From Sphingobacteriaceae bacterium (GTDB lineage Bacteria > Bacteroidota > Bacteroidia > Sphingobacteriales > Sphingobacteriaceae), in the NCBI GenBank assembly GCA_947459195.1, contig CANHCS010000002.1:1769-65768 (forward strand): a stretch of 64,000 nt of DNA, read 5' to 3'. A model generated the notes under the pieces. That model was not told the origin of the DNA. It did not search any database and saw only the letters and a program-made list of their open reading frames with translations. Both the position numbers and the translations under genes were made by a program. Positions 19,233 through 29,252 of this stretch are shown here, in pieces. The stretch's first letter is position 1. Every line of letters starts with the position of its first letter.

Positions 19233-19390
19233 TGTTACAAGTACAGGAAGATTATTATTTCGATGAGCATGGTTTCCTGGTATTTACAGAAAAATACCAT
19301 TTAAAAAGAGGCTATTGCTGCCAAAATGGTTGTCGACACTGTCCATGGAAAAAACAGAAAGAATTAAAAAAAGCTAAAAATAAGAAATAA
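19232..19390 (+). CDS. DUF5522-like Cys-rich small protein (52 aa); not on the ORF track
   Basis: My translation: MLQVQEDYYFDEHGFLVFTEKYHLKRGYCCQNGCRHCPWKKQKELKKAKNKK. The motif FTEKYHL.RGYCC..GCRHCP is as remembered for DUF5522. The start shares one nt with the upstream TGA. Confidence 0.6.
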   Translation: MLQVQEDYYFDEHGFLVFTEKYHLKRGYCCQNGCRHCPWKKQKELKKAKNKK

Positions 19391-19430
19391 TTATCTTTAT
19401 AATTAATATTTTAGCACAAAAAATAAAATA

Positions 19431-19880
19431 ATGAGATTAGAAGAAGAAATATCAAGTCATAAATTTTCGAGCAACTACCATAGAGCTACTGTAAATATTT
19501 TATATACCTATGGCTGGTTGACCAATGTATTGCGTCAGCGTTTGGATAATCACGATATCACCCTGCAGCAATATAATATCCTAAGAATTTTGAGAGGTCA
19601 GTTCCCGAATCCGGCTACTGTGAATTTATTAAGAGAACGAATGTTGGACAAAATGTCTGATGCTTCGAGAATTGTAGAAAGGCTTTATAAAAAAGGCTTG
19701 CTTAGCCGTTTTACGAACGAAAAGGACCGTCGTGCTGTTGATATTTTTATTACCCAAAAAGGTCTAGATTTATTAAAAGAATTAGACCAGGAAATGGACA
19801 TGGACGAAGTGCTCAAGGAAAATATAAATGGAGAGGAAGCAGGTTTATTGAGCGATCTGCTCGACAAATTCAGGGGTTAA
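19431..19880 (+). CDS. MarR family transcriptional regulator
   Basis: 149 aa, winged-HTH pattern (QQYNILRIL...DKMSDASRIVERLYKKGL...DRR). Confidence 0.85.
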   Translation: MRLEEEISSHKFSSNYHRATVNILYTYGWLTNVLRQRLDNHDITLQQYNILRILRGQFPNPATVNLLRERMLDKMSDASRIVERLYKKGLLSRFTNEKDRRAVDIFITQKGLDLLKELDQEMDMDEVLKENINGEEAGLLSDLLDKFRG

Positions 19881-19888
19881 CGGGGATT

Positions 19889-20599
19889 TCAATTTAAAAA
19901 ACCCACCACAGCAACGCCTAAACCCAGCAGTACTGCCACCATTTTCTTCAAGTTAAAGCGGTGATCCACACTCGATTCAAATAAAATAGTGGTGGAGATA
20001 TGTAAGAACATCCCGATTACTACCCCCATGATACTTCCGAAATAATTTTGCAGATCTCCAACTGATCCGTTACTTAAACGCAGGCTGAAATAATAGCCAA
20101 GAGGCGACATGGCTGCAAAAACAGCCATCAACACAATGATGTTACGCTTGGAAATGTGATGTTGGTTCAATACCAAAACTAAGGCAAAAGCTGCCGGAAT
20201 ATGATGTAAAGCGATGCCAAATACCAATTCTTTCTGATAATCTTTTGCCAAAGGCATTCCTTCTAAAAAAGCATGAATACACAAACTGAGCATTACACCC
20301 AGCGGGAAAGCATGCTGCTTTTTTGAATGAACGTGTATATGGCCGTGTTCGATACCTTCAGAAAATTGCTCAAGGATTACCTGAAATAAAAAACCACCAA
20401 TCACAAACAAACCAATGCTGGCATCGGCGTATCGATACACCTCGGGCATCAGGTGTAAAACGGTAATGGCAAATAAATACGCTCCACTAAAAGATAGAAT
20501 GAGTTTTAAACGCTGAGCATTGGTTTTTTTGGAAAAAAGCATGACCACTCCTCCCAAAAACGCACTTGCAAATAAGACCACTACTTTCCAGACTTCCAT
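19889..20599 (-). CDS. ZIP family metal transporter
   Basis: 236 aa, about 7-8 TM segments, a His-rich loop EHGHIHVHSKKQH and a conserved HHIP/HN..EG-like TM motif. Confidence 0.8.
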   Translation of the reverse strand: MEVWKVVVLFASAFLGGVVMLFSKKTNAQRLKLILSFSGAYLFAITVLHLMPEVYRYADASIGLFVIGGFLFQVILEQFSEGIEHGHIHVHSKKQHAFPLGVMLSLCIHAFLEGMPLAKDYQKELVFGIALHHIPAAFALVLVLNQHHISKRNIIVLMAVFAAMSPLGYYFSLRLSNGSVGDLQNYFGSIMGVVIGMFLHISTTILFESSVDHRFNLKKMVAVLLGLGVAVVGFLN

Positions 20600-21162
20600 G
20601 TATGTTCAGGTTTAAAGCGCAAAAATAAGAAAGCCAGCAGATATCCAATCACCGCACCCAATAAAGCACCTGCAATTACATCAACCGGGAAATGTACACC
20701 TACGTAAACCTGTGCAAAACAGATAGATGCGGCCCAAATAAAGGCAATAGGTAATAACCAATTCCTTTTCTTTCTAAATAATGCTATTAAAAATACTGCG
20801 ATGGCAAAGTGATTAGCTGCATGAGACGAAGGGAAACTATAGCCCTTTCCACAAGGAACTAATTTGTTCATCTGCTCATTAAACGGGATTTCGTTGCATG
20901 GCCTTAAACGCTCAACAGCAGGTTTGATAATAGATGAGCTCGTATAATCGGCTACAGCAAAACACAAGATTAAAAAAAGAAGCATCCACCAGGCGGTTTT
21001 ACCATAATTTTTAACCAAAACATAAATGATCAGCAGGTAAAGGGGTACCCAAGTGTACCTGTTTCTTAAAATTGGCATCAATAAATCAAAAAAAGGATTA
21101 GAAAGCCCCTGATTTATCGCTTGAAACCATTGATGGTCGAGCTGAATAAGTTGATCGATCAT
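20581..21162 (-). CDS. PAP2 family phosphatase
   Basis: Tripartite PAP2 motif: KPAVERLRP, PSSHAANH, VGVHFPVDV. Confidence 0.85.
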   Translation of the reverse strand: MIDQLIQLDHQWFQAINQGLSNPFFDLLMPILRNRYTWVPLYLLIIYVLVKNYGKTAWWMLLFLILCFAVADYTSSSIIKPAVERLRPCNEIPFNEQMNKLVPCGKGYSFPSSHAANHFAIAVFLIALFRKKRNWLLPIAFIWAASICFAQVYVGVHFPVDVIAGALLGAVIGYLLAFLFLRFKPEHTWKSGK

Positions 21163-21893
21163 GAGATTTTTTTACAAATAAAAATTATCCGGTCAGATTG
21201 CTCTTGGTTAAAGGTATTTAAATGATAATCACCGAACAAATGAAGGATTTCAAAATCCGTTTGACTGAACATTTGTTCAAAGTCTGTAAGGCTGAAGGCC
21301 TGCACCTCTTCTTTAAATCCGAATTGCTTGCCATGATGTTCAAAAGCGATCGACTTCATGATTTTGTTGCCCGTGATCTGTTTGCTGATATGAAAATCGA
21401 TCCCTTCAATCGTTTTTTGCTCCTGGGCCACTATCTGATTTTTGATTTTTGCGGTATTGAAATAGTCCAAAACCAATATTCCACCCGGTTTTAATGATTT
21501 ATGAAACATCTTGAGTGCCTTCAAATGGTCTTTTTCACGATCGAAATAACCAAAGCTGGTGAAGAGATTGAAAGCAAATTCAAAATAATTGATGTAAAAC
21601 AGGTGACGCATGTCGTGCACAAAAAAGTGTAGGTGCTCATTTTCAAAATCTTTGGCAAAACGAATATTGGCCTGAGATAAATCTATACCCGTTACATCAT
21701 ATCCTTTTTTATTGAGGTAAATGGCGTGCCTGCCCCGTCCACAGGCAATATCAAACAAACGGGCTTGTTCAGATGGTTTCAGAAAAGCACATAAATTATC
21801 CATGAAAAGCTCTGCCTCTTCATCATTCCGCTGGTGGTAAAGAATGTGATAATAGGGAGAATTAAACCAAGACTGGAACCATTTAGTAGGCAT
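21159..21893 (-). CDS. class I SAM-dependent methyltransferase
   Basis: Motif I LFDIACGRGRH and post-I D.TGIDLS. 244 aa. Confidence 0.85.
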   Translation of the reverse strand: MPTKWFQSWFNSPYYHILYHQRNDEEAELFMDNLCAFLKPSEQARLFDIACGRGRHAIYLNKKGYDVTGIDLSQANIRFAKDFENEHLHFFVHDMRHLFYINYFEFAFNLFTSFGYFDREKDHLKALKMFHKSLKPGGILVLDYFNTAKIKNQIVAQEQKTIEGIDFHISKQITGNKIMKSIAFEHHGKQFGFKEEVQAFSLTDFEQMFSQTDFEILHLFGDYHLNTFNQEQSDRIIFICKKIS

Positions 21894-21980
21894 TTTCTGT
21901 AGATGAATTTGAACTACAAATATATGCTTTAAATTTGGGGCATATAATTGGAAACAAACGAAAGATGTTCCTTAAATTGT

Positions 21981-21988
21981 TATTTTTG
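21981..21988 (+). promoter_or_regulatory. -7 promoter box (TATTTTTG) for glmM
   Basis: Exact TAnnTTTG match, 20 nt upstream of the GTG start at 22009. Confidence 0.45.
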
Positions 21989-22008
21989 CTACCTTTTAGA
22001 AGCTACTT

Positions 22009-23397
22009 GTGACACTCATCAAATCAATTTCCGGAATAAGAGGAACTATAGGCGGAAAGCCAGGAGCTGGTTTAAGCCCGATCGATATTGTAAAATTTAC
22101 CGCTGCTTATGGCCAATGGGTCATTAACCAGGGAAATAGAAAAAAAATTGTAGTAGGTCGCGATGCCCGTATTTCTGGCCCCATGCTCGAAAACCTGGTG
22201 ATTGGAACATTACAAGGCTTAGGGATTGATGTGGTGAATCTCGGATTATCAACCACTCCAACCGTTGAGTTGGCCGTGCCCATGGAAGCAGCGGGAGGCG
22301 GCATCATATTAACAGCAAGTCACAATCCGAAACAGTGGAATGCATTAAAATTACTGAACCAAAGAGGCGAATTCATCAGTGATGCTGATGGTAAGGAAGT
22401 TCTTCAGTTGGCCGAAAACGCAGATTTTAATTTTAGTGAGGTAGATGACTTGGGCAAAGTCATAAACAACGACTCCTATTTACAAAAACACATTGATCAT
22501 ATCCTCAACTTGAAGCTTGTAGATGTGGCCGCAATCAATGCAGCCAATTTTAAAGTAGTAGTTGACAGTGTGAACTCCTCTGGTGGGATTTTTGTTCCTG
22601 CACTGCTCAAAGCTTTGGGTGTAAATACCATTTATTCAATTTTTGATGAACCTAATGGGCATTTTCCACACAACCCTGAACCCCTGCCTGAGAATTTGGT
22701 CGCATTAGCTGATGAAGTAAAAGCAAAAAATGCTGATTTGGGTATTGCGGTCGATCCAGATGTAGACCGCTTGTGTTTTGTTTGTCAAGATGGCTCCATG
22801 TTTGGCGAAGAATATACCCTGGTTGCTGTGGCCGATTATGTATTGAAACACACACCAGGCAATACCGTATCTAATCTCTCCTCTACCCGAGCATTGAGAG
22901 ATGTAACCGAAGCCAGCGGAAATAACTATGAGGCAGCAGCCGTTGGTGAAGTAAATGTGGTGAACCTTATGAAGAGCAGCAATGCCGTTATTGGCGGGGA
23001 AGGAAATGGCGGAGTCATCTATCCTGCTTCACACTATGGCCGTGACGCCCTGGTGGGTATTGCTTTGTTTTTAAGCCATTTGGCTAAATCAGGAAAAGAC
23101 ATTTTAAGTCTTCGTCAATCGTATCCTAATTATTTCATCTCGAAAAATAAAATTGACCTTACACCCGAATTAAACATCGATGAAATACTCAGTCAAGTGG
23201 AGAAAAAGTACCAAAGCAAGCCTCACAGCACCATCGATGGACTGAAAATTGAGTTCGATAAACAATGGGTTCACTTACGTAAATCGAATACCGAGCCGAT
23301 CATTCGAATTTATGCAGAAAGCAGCAGTTTGGCGGCAGCCGATCAACTGGCTGAACAAATTATTGCAGATATTAAAACAATTGCCAACCTCAAATAA
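22009..23397 (+). CDS. glmM: phosphoglucosamine mutase
   Basis: GTG start giving MTLIKSISGIRG. Phosphoserine loop TASHNP and metal-binding loop DPDVDR. Confidence 0.9.
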   Translation: MTLIKSISGIRGTIGGKPGAGLSPIDIVKFTAAYGQWVINQGNRKKIVVGRDARISGPMLENLVIGTLQGLGIDVVNLGLSTTPTVELAVPMEAAGGGIILTASHNPKQWNALKLLNQRGEFISDADGKEVLQLAENADFNFSEVDDLGKVINNDSYLQKHIDHILNLKLVDVAAINAANFKVVVDSVNSSGGIFVPALLKALGVNTIYSIFDEPNGHFPHNPEPLPENLVALADEVKAKNADLGIAVDPDVDRLCFVCQDGSMFGEEYTLVAVADYVLKHTPGNTVSNLSSTRALRDVTEASGNNYEAAAVGEVNVVNLMKSSNAVIGGEGNGGVIYPASHYGRDALVGIALFLSHLAKSGKDILSLRQSYPNYFISKNKIDLTPELNIDEILSQVEKKYQSKPHSTIDGLKIEFDKQWVHLRKSNTEPIIRIYAESSSLAAADQLAEQIIADIKTIANLK

Positions 23398-23402
23398 TCA
23401 GC

Positions 23403-24539
23403 ATGAGAGTTTATTTAGATAATGCGGCAACCACCCCTCTTGATAAGGCAGTTTTGAAAGAGATGTATGAGGTGATGGACTCGCAGTTCGGAAATCCATC
23501 ATCCATCCATGCTCATGGAAGAGAGGTAAGATCGATTGTAGAAAAAGCAAGAAAAACCATTGCTTCCCTGCTAAAAACTTCTCCAGCAGAGATCTTTTTC
23601 ACTTCAGGCGGAACTGAAGCCGACAATACTGCCATACGATGTGGTATCATCGATCATGGTATTAAACACGCCATCACCACTAAAATTGAGCACCATGCGG
23701 TATTGCACACGCTCGAAGTACTGGCTGAGCAAGGTTTGATCAAATTGAGCTTTGTGGATATCGATGAAAAAGGAAATATTGATTTCGGTCACTTAGAAAC
23801 CTTGTTAAAATCTAACGAACGCAGTTTTGTTTCGCTGATGCATGCCAATAATGAAATAGGCACCCTTACTGACATTGAACGTGTAGGAACCCTTTGCGAA
23901 CAATACGATGCACTTTTTCATTGTGATACCGTTCAAACAGTTGGCCATTACGAGCATGATTTGAGTAAGTTAAAAGTTCATTTCATGGTGGCGGCTGCTC
24001 ATAAATTACACGGGCCAAAAGGTGCCGGTTTCCTCTACATCAATCACCAGGTAAAGATCAAACCCTTTATTTATGGAGGAGCACAAGAAAGAAATATGCG
24101 TGGTGGCACCGAAAATGTATACGGCATTGTAGGCTTAGCCAAGGCAATGGACTTGGCTTATGAGGAGATGGATGCTCATCGTAAACACATTCAATCTCTC
24201 AAAGACCACATGATTGCTGAATTAAAAAAGCACATTCCAGGAGTCAAATTCCATGGAGAAATTGAGGCTGAAAAAAGTCTCTATACGGTCTTAAATGTAT
24301 CCTTCCCAGAAATGGAAATGGCAGAAATGTTGTTGTTTAATTTAGATATTGCTGGCATATCTGCTTCTGGCGGCAGTGCCTGCAGCTCAGGAACCAATAT
24401 TGGATCTCATGTATTAAGAGGCATTGGTTCTGATGCCAACAGACCAGCTGTGCGTTTTTCGTTCAGCAAAATGAACACTTTAGCTGAAATTGATTTCGTA
24501 ATAGCGCAATTAAAAAAGATTTTTGCTCCAAAAAATTAA
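23403..24539 (+). CDS. cysteine desulfurase (NifS/IscS-like class V aminotransferase)
   Basis: PLP-Lys region AAHKLHGPKG and catalytic Cys loop SGGSACSSG. Confidence 0.9.
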   Translation: MRVYLDNAATTPLDKAVLKEMYEVMDSQFGNPSSIHAHGREVRSIVEKARKTIASLLKTSPAEIFFTSGGTEADNTAIRCGIIDHGIKHAITTKIEHHAVLHTLEVLAEQGLIKLSFVDIDEKGNIDFGHLETLLKSNERSFVSLMHANNEIGTLTDIERVGTLCEQYDALFHCDTVQTVGHYEHDLSKLKVHFMVAAAHKLHGPKGAGFLYINHQVKIKPFIYGGAQERNMRGGTENVYGIVGLAKAMDLAYEEMDAHRKHIQSLKDHMIAELKKHIPGVKFHGEIEAEKSLYTVLNVSFPEMEMAEMLLFNLDIAGISASGGSACSSGTNIGSHVLRGIGSDANRPAVRFSFSKMNTLAEIDFVIAQLKKIFAPKN

Positions 24540-24591
24540 GCGAAACCATCTCGATTTTGCGTTAAAACATTAAATTTAAGCAAACATCGTT

Positions 24592-26904
24592 ATGAAAAAG
24601 GCCATCTTCTTATTGTGTTTCTTATGCAGCTCCTTTTTGGTAAAAGGGCAAAGAGTGGGTTTGGTTTTAAGCGGTGGTGGAGCAAAAGGCCTGGCTCATA
24701 TCGGGGTACTCAAAGCCCTGGAAGAAAATCACATCCCCATAGATTATGTAACCGGCACCTCCATGGGTGGAATTGTTGGGGGAATGTATGCTGCCGGTTA
24801 CACCCCTTCTGCCATCGAGTACATTGCTTTGAGCAATGATTTTCAAAATTGGGTGAATGGCCGTTTAGACAAACAATACCAATACTACTTCAGCAAAAAA
24901 CCAGATAATCCATCGGTTTTGAAAGCAAAACTGGAGATCGATACAGGCTTTAATGCCAGTTTGCGTTCTAACCTGATCAATGACATCCCACTGAATTTTG
25001 CCATGCTCGAATTACTGGCGCAAGCTTCTGCAAATGCAAAAAATAATTTCGACAGTCTTTTCGTACCCTACCGCTGTATCGTATCAGATATATTTTCAAA
25101 GAAAGCGTTCCCAGTAAAAGATGGCAGTTTGGTGGAGGCCATCAGGGGAACCATGGCTGTCCCTTTGGTTTACAGGCCTGTTAAAGTAAATGATAGATAT
25201 GTTTTTGATGGGGGTATTTACAATAATTTCCCAATCGATGTCATGCAGCAAGAATTCAATCCTGATTACATGATTGGAGTAAATGTATCTTCAAAAAAGT
25301 ACAATGATTACCCCAAAGGTCAGGAGGAAAAACTTGCCAATAGTTTTTTGATGTATATGTTCCTCTCTAATCCCGATTCTACAGGAATGGGGGCAAATTC
25401 AGCTTATATTCAGCCAGATATTTCCAATTACAGTTCAACCAGTTTCAGTTCGGTACAGGAGCTGATACAATTAGGCTATGATGCAGCCATGGCACAGATG
25501 CCGAAAATATTGAAAGAGATTGCCAGACGAAGCCTTCCCGAAGAGGTAAAAGATCGTCGCAAAGCGTTTAATTCAAAAAATCCTGATTTGGTATTTGAAA
25601 ATGTGCATATCAATGGAGCAAACAGCCGACAACAATCTTACATAGAGCGGGTTTTACGTTCCGATGGCAAGAAACTGGATCTATTTAAAATTAAAGCTGG
25701 TTTTACAAAGCTGGTTGCCGACGAGAACTTTGAAACCGTTTATCCCAGAATCAGTTATCAAGATTCACTAAATACCTTCGATTTTGACTTGGAAGTAAAA
25801 ACCCAAAAGAACTTTAAAGTTGATTTTGGTGGAAGTATATCGACCAGACCCATAAGTAACGCATTTTTGGGTCTTCAGTACAGCATTTTAGATAAAAATG
25901 CTTACACTTTCGGCGCCAACTTTTACTCTGGCCGATTTTATGAATCAATCCAAACCACCGCAAGAGTAGATATGCCGAGTAAAAAACCTTTGTTTTTGGA
26001 GGCTAGTTTCACCTATAATCATTGGAATTACCTGAGTACCAGCACCATCATAGTTGATAAGATAGAACCTACTTTTTTAGAACAATCAGACAGGTTATTG
26101 TCACTAAAAATCGGAACTCCAGTGGGCAAAAATGGCAAATTAGAATTCCAAACTGCCTTTGTTAATTTCGAAGATCAATTCAGTCCGAACGAAAATTATG
26201 TATCTGGTGATATTTTTGATAAGAATTATTTTAATGGCTTCAGCAATTCACTGAGTCTAAACATCCAAACGCTCAATAGAAAGCAATATGCCAGCGATGG
26301 CTTATATTTCAATGTGTCTTTAGCTCAATATTCGGGCGAAGAACATTATAAGCCTGGAAATGTTTTAAGAAACGAGCCCATCTATCCTACACTTAAATCA
26401 ATGGAGGAAAGTAGAAATTGGCTCAGATTCAAATCGAGCATTGAACACTATCCCATATCCGGTAAAAGATTTTCTTTGGGATACCTAGCCGAAACAGTTT
26501 TAAGCAATAGGCCTTTATTTAGTACCTATAAATCTACTTTGCTCACGGCTCCGGCATTTTATCCTTTACAAGATTCAAAATCAATTTTCCTGACCAATTT
26601 CAGGGCAAACACTTACCTGGCTTTAGGCTTAAAGAATGTGGTTAATTTAAAGAAAAACCTCGATTTTAGATTAGAAACGTATTTATTTCAAGCCTATCGA
26701 AATTTCGAATTGCTCAACTATCAGGATGTAGCTTTTGGTACGAGTTTTCCAAAAGCGAATTATGCTGCAAGTGCCGGTTTGGTGTATCAGAGCCCTTTGG
26801 GGCCCATCAATCTAAGTTTAAATCATTATAATCAGCATCTAAGACCCTGGGGCTTGATGTTTCACGCTGGATTTTTACTCTACAACAAAAGAGCTTTCGA
26901 TTAA
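24592..26904 (+). CDS. patatin-like phospholipase fused to a C-terminal Omp85-like beta-barrel region
   Basis: Signal peptide, oxyanion motif GGGAKG (24673-24690), nucleophile GTSMG (24754-24768) and Asp-dyad motif DGG. About 450 further residues have an alternating beta-strand character. Confidence 0.85.
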   Translation: MKKAIFLLCFLCSSFLVKGQRVGLVLSGGGAKGLAHIGVLKALEENHIPIDYVTGTSMGGIVGGMYAAGYTPSAIEYIALSNDFQNWVNGRLDKQYQYYFSKKPDNPSVLKAKLEIDTGFNASLRSNLINDIPLNFAMLELLAQASANAKNNFDSLFVPYRCIVSDIFSKKAFPVKDGSLVEAIRGTMAVPLVYRPVKVNDRYVFDGGIYNNFPIDVMQQEFNPDYMIGVNVSSKKYNDYPKGQEEKLANSFLMYMFLSNPDSTGMGANSAYIQPDISNYSSTSFSSVQELIQLGYDAAMAQMPKILKEIARRSLPEEVKDRRKAFNSKNPDLVFENVHINGANSRQQSYIERVLRSDGKKLDLFKIKAGFTKLVADENFETVYPRISYQDSLNTFDFDLEVKTQKNFKVDFGGSISTRPISNAFLGLQYSILDKNAYTFGANFYSGRFYESIQTTARVDMPSKKPLFLEASFTYNHWNYLSTSTIIVDKIEPTFLEQSDRLLSLKIGTPVGKNGKLEFQTAFVNFEDQFSPNENYVSGDIFDKNYFNGFSNSLSLNIQTLNRKQYASDGLYFNVSLAQYSGEEHYKPGNVLRNEPIYPTLKSMEESRNWLRFKSSIEHYPISGKRFSLGYLAETVLSNRPLFSTYKSTLLTAPAFYPLQDSKSIFLTNFRANTYLALGLKNVVNLKKNLDFRLETYLFQAYRNFELLNYQDVAFGTSFPKANYAASAGLVYQSPLGPINLSLNHYNQHLRPWGLMFHAGFLLYNKRAFD

Positions 26905-26905
26905 T

Positions 26906-29251
26906 CTAAAATGGCATCCCGATGCCAAAATTGTACTGAACAAAGCGGTATACATCAGGGAAATTCGTGCCTGCGTAGCTTTGTTTAAACGATTTATTGA
27001 ACAAGTTTTTGATCACCCATTGATCGCCATTGTCGAATTGGGGATCTCTGATTTTAAGCGCTGCATCCAATCGGAAAATGAAATAATCCATGTCAAACCG
27101 CAAACCTGCTCCCGCTCCAATTGCGATTTGTTTAAAGAATTTATCAGCTTTAAACTCTCCTTTTGGGTTATCCACAGAAGGTTTGATTCGCCAGATATTT
27201 CCCATATCTGTAAATGCGGCCCCTTTAAGTTTTGCTCCAAACAGGTTATCTAAAATCTTGAATCGATATTCCAGATTCGCCTCCAACTTGATTTCGCCCA
27301 ATTGATCCAAATTTCTAAGATTTTGACGGATTTCTATTGGAATATCTGCCCGGTTGTAATTACCCGGCCCAAGCGTTCTGGCCTGCCATGCCCGGATACC
27401 GTTGGTTCCGCCAGCAAAGAAATTCTTTTCAATTGGCAAGGCTTCACTGTTGCCATAAGGAACTCCAATTCCGGGATTGAGCCTTAAAACGAGCTGACGG
27501 TCTCCTCCAAAATGCCTATACCATCTTAAATCTAATTCTGTTTTAGCATATTGTAAGTATTCCAATCCAAATATGGTCCTATTACCATCAATTATTTTCA
27601 GATTCAGTGTCTTACTCAAAATCCCAAGCGAGTTCCCACTCAAATCGGCAAAAGCACGGAAATAGAAAAAATTATCCAGACTATTTAAACGAATATTATT
27701 GTAGGTAAAAGAATACTGGCTACCAAAATTCACAAACTGACGGTCGTTGGTCTGTACGTACAACAAGTAGCCGTTGTCTTCTAAATATTTTTTGAATGCT
27801 TGATCGAGCTGTCCATTCCTGTATTCTAAGCTGATGGGCGTAAAACTGTGCTTTTTATAACGAGTTTCCATCCAGTCGTAAGTAATGGAGTTGATGTAGG
27901 CCCTATTTTTAAAAGCATCCTTCTGCCTGAAATACTGAAAACTACTCGAAATGGTAGTATGAGGAATGCCATTTCTTCCGGATACCGAACTGGCGAATGG
28001 AGCTAAAATTCGAGGGAAAATAAGATTAGCGCCAATTTCAAAATCTCGGTTAAATGCCCTGTCTGCCGACTGGCTGACAGATTTTGAATCGAAAAGTGCG
28101 CCATACCGAACCTTGAGATCTAATTGTTCTGCTCCTCCAAAAACGTTCCGATTGGTATAGGTATTTGCCAAGTTAAAACCGTTTCTAGCCGCATTGAAAG
28201 TATATTCACCCTCAATTCGGTTACTCATTTTTTTAAGCGGAGTGAGGTCTAATACCGGTCTGAGCACAGATGAGCTATCGTTCTGCTTCTCATAATTTAT
28301 TTTCACGTTTCTGAAAACATTCAATTCATACAGACGGTCATAGCTCAAATTCTCCATCTCTAGATTATAGCGATCACCTTTTTTAAAGAAAATATACTTA
28401 GCGATGGGTTTGAGCCTAAATCGACTAGAATAATCCTTAAGGAAATATTGATCGGCATACACACTGCTATCCGGGGTAATATTTGTAGTTATACCCGCAC
28501 TGTTCCTAATGCTGATATTTGTTTGGTCGAGGGTAAAAACCTGATGTTTCTCTTTAGCAATCGGATTCATCAAAAACATTTTGAGATCAGCGGCATTTGC
28601 CATATTGATGTTGGTATCGACCTCAAACCTGATGTACTGCCTTAAAAATTCATAATATCCATTCTTTTTCATCAACTGATATACCAATTCTCGCTCAGTT
28701 GCTAATGAATCGGCATCGTAACGCATACCCGAATGTAAACGCGTAAAATCTGGTTTATTTACTTCATAAAGCCAAGCAGCCGCACTATCTGGAATCACAA
28801 ACTGAATATCCCTAAGTTTATACTCAGGTCCGACATTGGCAACAAATTTGACCTTTGCCTTTTGATCCTTTAATTCAATCTCACTATTCACCTGAGCCTT
28901 CAGGAAACCTTTAGTAGCTAAAAATTTCTGTATTTCAAGCCTGGAGATTTCCACAAGAGAGCTATCCAAGATGGCAGGCGCCTGACCCAATTTTTTGATT
29001 TTATCTTTACGATATTTCCCTTTTTTGGTGTTGACCAAGTTGTAAAGCATTAAGTTCAGGGTAGTTGCGGGTCTAAGGTCACGTTGAACATAATCACCCG
29101 CTTGTTCTTTAAAACGGGGGTCAAAATTTTCTAAATCCACTTTCTTTACCAATACCTGATCCTTTTCCAAATAGCGAGTAGAGGAGCATCCGGAAACTAA
29201 AAAGAGTCCAAAAAGCAGTATTATTGTAAAAATATATTTGCAGTTTCCCAT
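26906..29251 (-). CDS. BamA/TamA (Omp85) family outer-membrane protein with lipoprotein-type signal (TamL-like)
   Basis: 781 aa. Lipobox LVSGC at the N-terminus, POTRA-like region, and a C-terminal surface-antigen barrel ending ...YNFGIGMPF. Confidence 0.8.
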   Translation of the reverse strand: MGNCKYIFTIILLFGLFLVSGCSSTRYLEKDQVLVKKVDLENFDPRFKEQAGDYVQRDLRPATTLNLMLYNLVNTKKGKYRKDKIKKLGQAPAILDSSLVEISRLEIQKFLATKGFLKAQVNSEIELKDQKAKVKFVANVGPEYKLRDIQFVIPDSAAAWLYEVNKPDFTRLHSGMRYDADSLATERELVYQLMKKNGYYEFLRQYIRFEVDTNINMANAADLKMFLMNPIAKEKHQVFTLDQTNISIRNSAGITTNITPDSSVYADQYFLKDYSSRFRLKPIAKYIFFKKGDRYNLEMENLSYDRLYELNVFRNVKINYEKQNDSSSVLRPVLDLTPLKKMSNRIEGEYTFNAARNGFNLANTYTNRNVFGGAEQLDLKVRYGALFDSKSVSQSADRAFNRDFEIGANLIFPRILAPFASSVSGRNGIPHTTISSSFQYFRQKDAFKNRAYINSITYDWMETRYKKHSFTPISLEYRNGQLDQAFKKYLEDNGYLLYVQTNDRQFVNFGSQYSFTYNNIRLNSLDNFFYFRAFADLSGNSLGILSKTLNLKIIDGNRTIFGLEYLQYAKTELDLRWYRHFGGDRQLVLRLNPGIGVPYGNSEALPIEKNFFAGGTNGIRAWQARTLGPGNYNRADIPIEIRQNLRNLDQLGEIKLEANLEYRFKILDNLFGAKLKGAAFTDMGNIWRIKPSVDNPKGEFKADKFFKQIAIGAGAGLRFDMDYFIFRLDAALKIRDPQFDNGDQWVIKNLFNKSFKQSYAGTNFPDVYRFVQYNFGIGMPF
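29233..29240 (+). promoter_or_regulatory. -7 promoter box (TATATTTG) embedded in the first codons of the divergent Omp85 gene
   Basis: Exact TAnnTTTG match, 12 nt upstream of the ATG at 29253. Confidence 0.4.
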
Positions 29252-29252
29252 T

